The notes under the pieces are model-generated. The model did not search any database. It saw only the letters and a program-made list of their open reading frames with translations, and was not told the DNA's origin. A stretch of 64,000 nucleotides of DNA from Paludibacteraceae bacterium (GTDB taxonomy: Bacteria; Bacteroidota; Bacteroidia; Bacteroidales; Paludibacteraceae): contig JAZSAI010000033.1 of the NCBI GenBank assembly GCA_045601825.1, forward strand, positions 57,946 to 121,945, written 5' to 3'. The translations under genes were made by a program, and so were the position numbers. Shown one piece after another: positions 44,089 through 52,144 of the stretch. Positions within the stretch are counted from its first letter, which is position 1; each line of letters opens with the position of its first letter.

Positions 44089-45750
44089 ATGGAATATATA
44101 CGCGAATTGTTTTTAATACCTTCGGTGACGCAATCTATAGTGTTGCTCACGTTGGTTGTATGCCTTGGTCTGTGGGCAGGAGAACATCTGCGTATCAAAA
44201 ACTTCTCGTTGGGTATCACGTGGATACTGTTTGTGGGTATTATCTTCTCGTCTTTTGGCATTACGATTGATCCGCAGGTTAGCCATTTTGCCAAGAACTT
44301 CGGACTGATACTCTTTGTCTATTCCATCGGTTTGCAAGTTGGACCTTCCTTCTCACCCTTTGGCAAGAGTGGTTTGCGATTGAATATGTTGGCAGTGGCA
44401 ATCGTGTTGCTGGGTTGTGGTATTACCATCGCTCTGCACTATATCACAGGTATTGAGATGACGACCATGGCAGGTATCATGTCGGGTGCGGTGATGAATA
44501 CCCCTTCGCTGGGTGCAGTGCAACAGACGGCAGCCGATATGATGGGTGAAGTGTCGCCTGATATAGCGATGGGTTATGCCTTGGCTTATCCGCTCAGTAT
44601 CGTGGGTTTGATATTGTCGTTTGAGTTGATACGTTTTTGCTGCCGTGTGAACCTGCGTCAAGAAGATGAGAAGTTACGCCAAGAGCATGTGTCGGATGAT
44701 GATCCAATCTGTGTGGATATTCGTTTGATGATAGATCATGCAATCACACTGAAGGAATTGCATGACCTTTGCCCCGTGGATAAGATGTTAGTCAGCCGCG
44801 TAACGCATGAGGATGGACGAGATGAATTGGTAAATGCGACTACCGTATTGTATCCCAATGATGTGATTCGTATCGTGAGTGATAAGCGTCATGAGAAAGA
44901 CTTGCAGGTATTGGGTGAGGTGACGCATTACGGTTTTCGTGGTCGCGAACGCTCCGACCACTTGATTTCGCGTCGTGTGGTGGTTACTCGCACAGAGTGC
45001 AATGGCAAGCGTTTGAGCAGTTTTGACGTGCGCCACCGCTATCATGCCACTATCACACGTATCAATCGTGCAGGTGTGGAGTTGTTGGCGACTCCTGATT
45101 TCGTATTGCAATTGGGCGACCGTATCATGGTGGTGGGCGATAAGGAAGATGTGCGCCATGTGGCGGAGATGTTTGGTAATGAGCTCAAGCGTTTGGACTT
45201 GCCTAACTTGATGCCCATCTTCTTTGGCATCTTCTTGGGTGTATTGTTGGGCTCTTTGCCAATTGCGATACCAGGTATGAACCAGTCCTTCAAGTTGGGT
45301 TTGGCAGGTGGGTCACTGATTGTGGCGTTGCTGATTGGTCGTTTTGGTCCGTATTATAGTATGGTGACATTTGCCACGACAAGTGCCAATATGATGTTGC
45401 GTCAGGTGGGTTTGACGTTGTTTTTGGCTGCAGTGGGCTTGAGCGTAGGGGATGGTTTTGTGCATACGATCATCAATGGTGGATATATGTGGGTAGTGTA
45501 TGGTGTGCTGATTACCATGATACCGCTCGTAGTCGTAGGATTGATAGCCTATAAAGGAATGAAGATCAACTTCTTTAAGGTGGTGGGTCTGCTGATAGGT
45601 GCTATGACTGGTGCGCCAGCATTAGGATATGCGGAGAGTCTTTCGTCGCACAATGACCAAGCATCGGTGGTATATGCTACGGTATATCCATTGACCATGT
45701 TCTTGCGCGTGATGGGGGGACAATTGCTAGTATTGTTATTCTGTTCGTAA
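44089..45750 (+). CDS. YidE/YbjL-type (AAE family) transporter with two central TrkA_C/RCK_C domains
   Basis: 553 aa. Duplicated membrane halves flank two soluble repeats (...VSRVTHEDGRDELVNATTVLYPNDVIRIV..., ...ITRINRAGVELLATPDFVLQLGDRIMVVG...). Confidence 0.8.
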   Translation: MEYIRELFLIPSVTQSIVLLTLVVCLGLWAGEHLRIKNFSLGITWILFVGIIFSSFGITIDPQVSHFAKNFGLILFVYSIGLQVGPSFSPFGKSGLRLNMLAVAIVLLGCGITIALHYITGIEMTTMAGIMSGAVMNTPSLGAVQQTAADMMGEVSPDIAMGYALAYPLSIVGLILSFELIRFCCRVNLRQEDEKLRQEHVSDDDPICVDIRLMIDHAITLKELHDLCPVDKMLVSRVTHEDGRDELVNATTVLYPNDVIRIVSDKRHEKDLQVLGEVTHYGFRGRERSDHLISRRVVVTRTECNGKRLSSFDVRHRYHATITRINRAGVELLATPDFVLQLGDRIMVVGDKEDVRHVAEMFGNELKRLDLPNLMPIFFGIFLGVLLGSLPIAIPGMNQSFKLGLAGGSLIVALLIGRFGPYYSMVTFATTSANMMLRQVGLTLFLAAVGLSVGDGFVHTIINGGYMWVVYGVLITMIPLVVVGLIAYKGMKINFFKVVGLLIGAMTGAPALGYAESLSSHNDQASVVYATVYPLTMFLRVMGGQLLVLLFCS

Positions 45751-45762
45751 ATACGTACATAT

Positions 45763-46530
45763 ATGTTTGCATTAGTTACAGGAGCTAGTTCGGGTTGTGG
45801 GTATGAATATGCCCGAATAATGGCACAGAAAGGTTATAAGCTGCTCATAGTCAGCAATGAAGAAGCAATACACGACAAAGCACTGCTTCTTCGCCAAGAT
45901 TTTGGTGTGGAGGTGGTTGCGTTGGTTCGCAATTTGGGAGTACAAGATGCTGCCAAAGAATTGTATGACTATTGCAAGGCAGCAAACATACAAGTAGAAG
46001 TACTCATCAATAATGCAGGTGTATATCACGATTGCGATTTCTTGGCTGATTCTGAGGGATTTAACCAATTGATATTCAATCTTCATATGCATACGCCCGC
46101 TATGTTGATGTACTATTTCGCTCAAGACATGGTCCAACGTGGCAAAGGATATATCCTCAATATGTGTTCAATCACTGCGGATATTGCCGTGCAACGTTTG
46201 AGCACCTACGGTGCAACCAAAGCATTTTTGAGCAACTTTACCCGTTCGGTGCATATCGAATTGAAGGAGAAGGGAGTGTATGTGACCAATGTCACTCCAG
46301 GAGCTATCAATACGGGATTGTACAATATCCGTCCGTGGCTCACAAAGATGGGATTGGTGTTGGGCTATATTGTACAACCTGATTATTTAGCTCGCCGTGG
46401 TGTGAGAGCCATGATGAAGGGTAGGGCAAAAGTTTCGGTGCCTGGCGTATGGAATAGTATATTGCTGTTTTTTGTGGCGTTGATACCTACATGTGTGCTC
46501 AGATTGATTCGTAAACTGAAAATATTTTGA
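45763..46530 (+). CDS. Short-chain dehydrogenase/reductase
   Basis: TGASSGCG, NNAG, S...YGATK. Paralog of 31180..32007. Confidence 0.85.
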   Translation: MFALVTGASSGCGYEYARIMAQKGYKLLIVSNEEAIHDKALLLRQDFGVEVVALVRNLGVQDAAKELYDYCKAANIQVEVLINNAGVYHDCDFLADSEGFNQLIFNLHMHTPAMLMYYFAQDMVQRGKGYILNMCSITADIAVQRLSTYGATKAFLSNFTRSVHIELKEKGVYVTNVTPGAINTGLYNIRPWLTKMGLVLGYIVQPDYLARRGVRAMMKGRAKVSVPGVWNSILLFFVALIPTCVLRLIRKLKIF

Positions 46531-46531
46531 T

Positions 46532-47083
46532 ATGATTGAGAAACTAGAAAATAGAGCTTGGAAAGTACTCAAGTCGGAGAATATATTGAATCTTGGTCCT
46601 TGGTTGAATGTGCGCAAAGAGTTGGTGGAGTTGCCTTCGGGTAAGCAGATTCCGACATGGTTTGTGTTGGATTTTCCGGATTGGATCAATGTGATAGCGA
46701 TTACCAAAGATGGTGATTTTGTGCTGGAAGATCAATACCGCCATGGTCTAGGAGAGACGCATTATGAATTGGTGGCAGGTGTGATTGACCCAGGAGAAAC
46801 ACCCCTGCAAGCCGCTCAGAGAGAACTAAGCGAAGAGACAGGATTTGGTGGGGGAGAGTGGCAATTGTTTATGACCTTATCACCTAACCCAACTAATCAT
46901 AAGAATCTGAGTTATACGTTCTTAGCAACGGGAGTAGAGCGATTGCGAGAGCAACATCAAGAGCCTACAGAAGATATCCGAGTGCATGTGCTGAAACGTG
47001 AGGAAGTGAGGCACCTGCTCGAAAAGGGAGAGATAGTTCAGGCACTGCATGCTGCGCCACTGTGGAAGTATTTTGCGCAGTAG
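46532..47083 (+). CDS. NUDIX hydrolase
   Basis: Nudix box GVIDPGETPLQAAQRELSEETGF. Starts 1 nt after the upstream stop. Confidence 0.88.
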   Translation: MIEKLENRAWKVLKSENILNLGPWLNVRKELVELPSGKQIPTWFVLDFPDWINVIAITKDGDFVLEDQYRHGLGETHYELVAGVIDPGETPLQAAQRELSEETGFGGGEWQLFMTLSPNPTNHKNLSYTFLATGVERLREQHQEPTEDIRVHVLKREEVRHLLEKGEIVQALHAAPLWKYFAQ

Positions 47084-47111
47084 TGCGTTAGGTGTTTATG
47101 GTTTTGGGAAT

Positions 47112-47140
47112 GGTGTAGCAAAAATGCTACACCATTTTCT
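47112..47140 (+). terminator. Hairpin terminator after the NUDIX gene, overlapping the last ALDH codons on the other strand
   Basis: GGTGTAGCA-aaaa-TGCTACACC followed by ATTTTCTTT. Confidence 0.65.
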
Positions 47141-48536
47141 TTATAAGTTTGAATAGCTTATACGGCATGTAGCGGAAAGGCATGTCCACGAAGGTTGGGG
47201 TAGAGACTACCGAACGGCGGTGGGAGAAAGTTATGAAACTCTCCTTGCCATGATATGACCCCATACCCGAATTGCCTACACCGCCAAAGGGCACGTCGTG
47301 ATTCACTATGTGCATAATCACATCATTCACACAAGCACCGCCTGAAGATGTGTGGCGCAATACATAATTGCCATTGGTGCCGAAATAATACAATGCCAAT
47401 GGCTTCTCACGGTCGGTAACAAAAGTGATAACCTCATCTATCTCCTTGAATGTTAGCACGGGGAAGATTGGACCAAAAATCTCTTCTTGCATGACAGGGG
47501 CGTCTGGACTGACATCCGTCAAGATTGTTGGACTCATATAACGTTCGGCGCGGTCATAGTGACCGCCGTAATAGATGGACGCTTCGCTATGGGACGGCGT
47601 TCCGCCTATTGGACGCCCTGACGGGCTATTGGATATAGGCAAGTAACTAATCAAACGCTCCAATGCTTTGTCGCTGACAATACGCACGAAGTGTTTTGCC
47701 TTTTGTGGGTCTTTGGTTAGTAGGTGTTTCCACTCTTTGACAAGCAGTTTGAGGAACTGATCTTTTACGTCCTCATGAATCATCAGATAATCAGGTGCAA
47801 TACATGTCTGTCCTGCGTTGAGTGCTTTGCCCCATGCCACGCGTTTGGCTGCCACTTTAAGGTCGGCGGACTTGTCAATGATACATGGGCTCTTGCCACC
47901 CAACTCAAGCACGACAGGAGTGAGGTGCTTGGAAGCGGCTTCCATAACCATCTTTCCTAGCGAAGGGCTTCCTGTGAAGAATATTAAGTCCCATCGCTCA
48001 GCAAGCAGCATTTGATTAACCTGACGGTTACCCTCAACAATAGCGATATACTCCTCGGGGAAAGTGGCGCGAATCATCTCAGTAAGTACTGCCGATACAT
48101 GTGGTACGTATGGCGAGGGCTTGAGCATGGCTGTACAGCCTGCAGAAATGGCACCTACCAATGGATTGAGCAGCAATTGCACAGGGTAGTTCCATGGCGC
48201 AATGATGAGGGTATTGCCAAGCGGCTCTTTGATAACCTTGCTGGTAGCAGGCATAATCGCAATAGGCGAACATTTGCGTTCGGGGCGCGCCCAACGGCGC
48301 ATATGCTTGAGGTGATTGCGAATCTCACCATAGACAATGCTCAGTTCGGTGAGGTATGCCTCTTCGTAGGACTTGTGAAGGTCGGTCCAAAGGGCTTCAG
48401 CAAGTGGCTTCTCATATTGGTGCATGGCGTCGGATAACTTGCGTAGCATTTGCTTGCGGAAAGGTAGCGCAAGGGTAGCGCCAGAGCGGAAATACGCTTG
48501 TTGCTTGCTGCGAGTCGTTGAAATGTATTCTTTCAT
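47127..48536 (-). CDS. Aldehyde dehydrogenase (ALDH3-like class)
   Basis: FTGSPSLGK, LELGGKSP, CIAPDY (catalytic Cys), EEIFGPI. Has a ~17-aa extra loop encoded by a word/hairpin array. Confidence 0.9.
   Translation of the reverse strand: MKEYISTTRSKQQAYFRSGATLALPFRKQMLRKLSDAMHQYEKPLAEALWTDLHKSYEEAYLTELSIVYGEIRNHLKHMRRWARPERKCSPIAIMPATSKVIKEPLGNTLIIAPWNYPVQLLLNPLVGAISAGCTAMLKPSPYVPHVSAVLTEMIRATFPEEYIAIVEGNRQVNQMLLAERWDLIFFTGSPSLGKMVMEAASKHLTPVVLELGGKSPCIIDKSADLKVAAKRVAWGKALNAGQTCIAPDYLMIHEDVKDQFLKLLVKEWKHLLTKDPQKAKHFVRIVSDKALERLISYLPISNSPSGRPIGGTPSHSEASIYYGGHYDRAERYMSPTILTDVSPDAPVMQEEIFGPIFPVLTFKEIDEVITFVTDREKPLALYYFGTNGNYVLRHTSSGGACVNDVIMHIVNHDVPFGGVGNSGMGSYHGKESFITFSHRRSVVSTPTFVDMPFRYMPYKLFKLIKKMV
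47581..47633. repeat. In-frame word + mini-hairpin array inside the ALDH CDS (minus-strand gene)
   Basis: GCTTCGC, GGCG-TTC-CGCC and GCCC-TGAC-GGGC alternate with TATTGGA/TATGGGA words. Encodes PISNSPSGRPIGGTPSHSEA. Confidence 0.9.
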
Positions 48537-48585
48537 ATTGATTTAATGAGGATAATCTGATAGTTTTCTCTTAGTAAAGTCTGCT

Positions 48586-48618
48586 GTCGTTGCCGTCTCG
48601 TTGCCGTCTCGTTGCCGT
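48586..48618. repeat. Three tandem 11-mers (C/G)TCGTTGCCGT
   Basis: gtcgttgccgt ctcgttgccgt ctcgttgccgt, followed by the GAAA hairpin at 48622-48637. Confidence 0.9.
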
Positions 48619-48621
48619 GTT

Positions 48622-48637
48622 TGTCTCGAAAGAGACA
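48622..48637 (-). terminator. GAAA-loop hairpin between the SDR stop and the ALDH start
   Basis: TGTCTC-GAAA-GAGACA. There is no clear U-run, so it may be an attenuator or processing hairpin rather than a full terminator. Confidence 0.4.
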
Positions 48638-48664
48638 GGCAAAATACAGCGGAAATATGGGTAA

Positions 48665-49468
48665 TTATTTGCGACCAGTAAAGTGGTCCATTGTACGATA
48701 GATGCCAAAAACTGTGCCAAAGAGCCAATCAAATACACGCAATGGCAGAATAGCTTGCCAGAAACGTATGAAATGATAGCCAAAAGGTATGCCTGCAAAG
48801 ATGGTATTGCGTTCGATGGCACGGATAATCTTCTTTGCCGTTGGTTCGGGCTTGAGGATAGGGAAGATAGAACGCACACCTTGGAACATGCCCGTGCTGA
48901 TGAAGTAAGGTGCGACGGTAGTGACATGTACGTTGGCTTTGCGTTGCTGTAGTTCGATGCGCATGCTCTCGCTCCAACCGATTACTGCCCATTTGCTAGC
49001 ACCATAGACCGACATTTTGGGATTCCCCAACATACCTCCTGCCGAAGCGATATTGCAGATATGTCCGCGATTGCGCTTGAGCATATCGGGCAATACTTGC
49101 AAGGTGAGCACCATGGGTGCGACAGTATTGACGTCCATCGTGAGGCGGATATCTTGGATAGTTTGGTGGTCAAACGTATTGTTACCGCGAACGATGCCTG
49201 CGCAGTTGATGAGGATGTCCACATTGCCACATTCTTCTTTCACACGCTGGTAAGCAGCAATGACCGCATCGCTATCTGCCACATTCACGGCATAGGTAAA
49301 GACCGTGCCTAAAGTGGCAAACTCGGCTTTGGTGGACTCGAGGTTATCTGGATTGATATCCCATATAATCAGTGATTTCGCGCCTTTCTCCAGAGCAAGA
49401 CGTCCCATTATTTTTCCTATTCCTGATGCACCTCCCGTGATCAGTATATTTGTATTCTTGATTTTCAT
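48665..49468 (-). CDS. Short-chain dehydrogenase/reductase
   Basis: Start taken at MKIKNTNILITGGASGIGK. The 54 upstream codons of the track ORF run through the promoter region. Also NCAG and S...YGASK. Confidence 0.85.
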   Translation of the reverse strand: MKIKNTNILITGGASGIGKIMGRLALEKGAKSLIIWDINPDNLESTKAEFATLGTVFTYAVNVADSDAVIAAYQRVKEECGNVDILINCAGIVRGNNTFDHQTIQDIRLTMDVNTVAPMVLTLQVLPDMLKRNRGHICNIASAGGMLGNPKMSVYGASKWAVIGWSESMRIELQQRKANVHVTTVAPYFISTGMFQGVRSIFPILKPEPTAKKIIRAIERNTIFAGIPFGYHFIRFWQAILPLRVFDWLFGTVFGIYRTMDHFTGRK

Positions 49469-49519
49469 ATTAAAATAGTTTTTATTAATATTACTACAAT
49501 TTCTGTACCAAATCGGCGA

Positions 49520-49527
49520 CAAAGGTA
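49520..49527 (-). promoter_or_regulatory. -7 box (minus strand) for the SDR gene at 48665..49468
   Basis: Plus-strand CAAAGGTA equals TACCTTTG on the minus strand, 52 nt before the start. Confidence 0.5.
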
Positions 49528-49540
49528 GTGCATTATTTTC

Positions 49541-49552
49541 GAACAAACGTTC
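49541..49552. promoter_or_regulatory. Candidate TetR operator GAACAAACGTTC
   Basis: Inverted half-sites GAAC/GTTC. Lies between the divergent SDR and tetR -7 boxes. A second copy is at 50301-50312. Confidence 0.45.
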
Positions 49553-49593
49553 AGTTTTTTGCAAAAAAATTTGCGAGTATAAAATATTTTTAA

Positions 49594-49601
49594 TACCTTT
49601 G
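49594..49601 (+). promoter_or_regulatory. -7 box upstream of the TetR gene
   Basis: TACCTTTG, 31 nt before the ATG at 49632. Confidence 0.55.
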
Positions 49602-49631
49602 CAGCCGAAAAAGCATAAAATCGAATGCATT

Positions 49632-50234
49632 ATGGTAGAAGATAGACGAGAAAAAATACTGCTGAAAGCAATCGAATTATATATGATTGAGGGCTATGCC
49701 AATGTGTCAATCACAGACTTGCAAGCAGCATTGAACATGGGGCGTGGTACGTTGTATTACTATTTTAAGGATAAAGAGGAACTATTTCAAGAAGCTGTGA
49801 GCATGTATCTTATCCAACCTAAACAACGTGCCTTGAGTAGAGTAAAGGATACTGATACCATTCCTGAGATGATAGATACTATGTTGTACTACATCAATCA
49901 GTTACAAGAGATATATAATCAAGTTGAGAATAAAAACATTAATATTTCCAATGTGGTGACGGTGATGTACACGGCTTATAGTCGATTTCCTGAACTGCAC
50001 AAGAAAGCGCGTAAATTGTACGAACACGAATTGAGTCTTTGGGTACAAGCTGTTAAAAATAGTATGCGCGCAGGCGCGATACGCGGAGATGTACCTATCG
50101 AAACAACGGCACTGATGTTTTTGCATATCAAAGACGGTTGGGACCCAGGTCGAACCAGTGTGCCTATCAATTTTGATATTTTTCCACAGCAGTATAACTA
50201 CTTATATGAATTGATTAAGAAGCAAAACTCTTAA
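49632..50234 (+). CDS. TetR/AcrR-family transcriptional regulator
   Basis: N-terminal HTH ...YANVSITDLQAALNMGRGTLYYYFKDKEELF. Divergent from the SDR gene. Confidence 0.88.
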   Translation: MVEDRREKILLKAIELYMIEGYANVSITDLQAALNMGRGTLYYYFKDKEELFQEAVSMYLIQPKQRALSRVKDTDTIPEMIDTMLYYINQLQEIYNQVENKNINISNVVTVMYTAYSRFPELHKKARKLYEHELSLWVQAVKNSMRAGAIRGDVPIETTALMFLHIKDGWDPGRTSVPINFDIFPQQYNYLYELIKKQNS

Positions 50235-50300
50235 AAATATTTGCATATTTCAAAAAAAAACGCTAATTTTGCAAAAAATGTTATAAAACACATTCTTTTT

Positions 50301-50312
50301 GAACAGGCGTTC
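50301..50312. promoter_or_regulatory. Candidate TetR operator GAACAGGCGTTC
   Basis: Same GAAC-N4-GTTC palindrome, 14 nt upstream of the acyl-CoA ligase -7 box. Confidence 0.45.
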
Positions 50313-50325
50313 GAAAAATATGTTG

Positions 50326-50333
50326 TACCTTTG
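50326..50333 (+). promoter_or_regulatory. -7 box upstream of the acyl-CoA synthetase gene
   Basis: TACCTTTG, 30 nt before the ATG at 50363. Confidence 0.55.
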
Positions 50334-50362
50334 CAGCCGATAATTCATAAAATACACATAAT

Positions 50363-52015
50363 ATGGAATTAAAACATTATTTGGAGTATCTCCAAAACAC
50401 GATTGTCAACAAGTGGAACGTGTTGGCAATGAAGGATTTAGATGGTAATACATCTTATACATATGGCGAAATGGCAAACGAAATTGCTCGTTTGCACACT
50501 ACTTTCCGCGAACTAGGTCTTAAGGAAGGCGATAAGATTGCACTTTGCGGTCGCAACTGCGCTAATTGGGGTTTGACATTCTTAGCTATTGAGACTTACA
50601 AGGCAGTTGCTGTAAGTATTCTTCCAGACTTTACTGCTGAAGGCGTGCATGCGTTGGTTAATCACTCTGAGGCGAAGTTGCTATATGTAGGCCCTAATGT
50701 GTTGAAGAAGGTTGATGCCAACGAAATGCCTGGTCTAATAGCAATGGTATTCATGGATGATTTCTCGTTGAAACATGCTGCATCCGAAGAGGTGGAGAAG
50801 AAGTATGCTGCTGTGGATGAGGTATTTAAGAAAGAATGGCCAGAAGGCGTGAAAGCAGCAGATGTAAAATATCCTACTGATAATATTGATGAGTTGGCAT
50901 TGATCAACTATACATCGGGCTCAACAGGTAATCCTAAGGGCGTGATGATCAGCCATAAGAACTTGAGCGGAAATATCGACTTTGCAGTGAAACGTATTCC
51001 TCACCAAGCAGGTGATAAAGTGCTGAGTATGTTGCCTATCGCGCATATGTTTGGTTTGATGTTTGAGTTCTTGTACCAAGTATGCGATGGCGCAGAGGTG
51101 TATTTCTTGACCAAAGCACCAACTCCATCGGTTTTGATGCGCGCATTTGCACAAGTGCATCCATTTATGATTTTGACTGTACCTTTGGTTATCGAGAAGA
51201 TTATCAAGGGCAAAGTGTTGCCTGTAATCAATAAACCATTGATGAAAGTACTTTGGAAAACGCCAGGTATCAACAAACTATTGCATAAGAAAGTGGGCAA
51301 TACTTTGTTGCAAGCCTTCGGTGGTAAGTTGCGTTTCTTGATTATTGGTGGTGCAGCGCTCAACGAAGAAGTGGAGAAATGTATGCATGATATGCACTTC
51401 ATGTATTGCGTAGGTTATGGTATGACCGAGTGCGCTCCGCTTATCACTTACGAAGATTGGTACAAGTATGTATATCGCTCATGCGGTAAAGGTATTGTGG
51501 GAATGGAAATGCGTATTGACTCGGAAGATCCTGCTACCAAAGAGGGTGAGTTGCAAGTACGCGGCGTAAACGTGATGATGGGTTACTATAAGAACGAAGA
51601 AGCCACTAAAGAAGCGTTTACCGAAGATGGTTGGATGCGTACGGGTGACCTAGGTATTATTGATAAAGAGGGTAACCTCTTCCTTCGCGGTCGTAGCAAG
51701 AATATGTTGCTTGGTCCTAGCGGACAAAATATTTACCCAGAGGAGATTGAGGACAAACTCAATAGTTTGCCATTCGTACTAGAGTCAGTGGTAGTGCAAC
51801 GCGACCAAAAATTGGTAGCATTGGTTTATCCAGACAACTCAGAGGCTGCTAAAAAGCAATTGGCTGGCAAAAATATCTTTGAGGTGATGGATAGCAACCG
51901 TCTGGAGCTCAATAAGCAATTGCCTCAGTATAGCCAAGTGACTGCTATTGAGGTGGTAGAGAAAGAGTTCGAGAAGACTCCAAAGCGTAGTATCAAACGA
52001 TTCATGTATAGTTAA
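50363..52015 (+). CDS. AMP-dependent acyl-CoA synthetase (long-chain-fatty-acid--CoA ligase-like)
   Basis: AMP-binding motif YTSGSTGNPKGVMISH, plus GYGMTE and TGDLG. Confidence 0.88.
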   Translation: MELKHYLEYLQNTIVNKWNVLAMKDLDGNTSYTYGEMANEIARLHTTFRELGLKEGDKIALCGRNCANWGLTFLAIETYKAVAVSILPDFTAEGVHALVNHSEAKLLYVGPNVLKKVDANEMPGLIAMVFMDDFSLKHAASEEVEKKYAAVDEVFKKEWPEGVKAADVKYPTDNIDELALINYTSGSTGNPKGVMISHKNLSGNIDFAVKRIPHQAGDKVLSMLPIAHMFGLMFEFLYQVCDGAEVYFLTKAPTPSVLMRAFAQVHPFMILTVPLVIEKIIKGKVLPVINKPLMKVLWKTPGINKLLHKKVGNTLLQAFGGKLRFLIIGGAALNEEVEKCMHDMHFMYCVGYGMTECAPLITYEDWYKYVYRSCGKGIVGMEMRIDSEDPATKEGELQVRGVNVMMGYYKNEEATKEAFTEDGWMRTGDLGIIDKEGNLFLRGRSKNMLLGPSGQNIYPEEIEDKLNSLPFVLESVVVQRDQKLVALVYPDNSEAAKKQLAGKNIFEVMDSNRLELNKQLPQYSQVTAIEVVEKEFEKTPKRSIKRFMYS

Positions 52016-52019
52016 TCCG

Positions 52020-52082
52020 GGTATCGGTTATCGGATATTGGTTATCGGTTATCGGATATCGGTTATCGAATATCGGATATTG
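52020..52082. repeat. Nine tandem heptamers GWTATYG
   Basis: ggtatcg gttatcg gatattg gttatcg gttatcg gatatcg gttatcg aatatcg gatattg. Starts 5 nt after the acyl-CoA ligase stop. Confidence 0.92.
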
Positions 52083-52109
52083 AAAAGTATTGGAAAATGC
52101 GCATACCGT

Positions 52110-52140
52110 TTGTGTATGTGCATTTTTTTTTGTACCTTTG
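52110..52140 (+). promoter_or_regulatory. 31-nt promoter cassette upstream of the MATE gene
   Basis: TTGTGTATGTGCATTTTTTTTTGTACCTTTG. Near-identical to 21425-21455. The -7 box ends 4 nt before the ATG. Confidence 0.55.
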
Positions 52141-52144
52141 TGCC

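Noticed and set aside
48665-49630. N-terminal extensions suggested by the ORF track. These are the SDR to 49630, cinA from 42681, the ATPase from 34200, serC from 16697, the FemAB-like gene from 32465, mntP from 41529, the MATE gene from 52097 and tetR from 49599.
   Set aside because: The extensions start at TTG/GTG or run through promoter boxes and repeat arrays. Canonical family N-termini begin at the internal ATGs that I used.
52020-52082. Possibility that the short tandem arrays (also 34034-34132, 12249-12342 and 53646-53782) are CRISPR arrays.
   Set aside because: The periods are 7-33 nt with no unique spacers of 25-40 nt between repeats, and there are no cas genes in the window.
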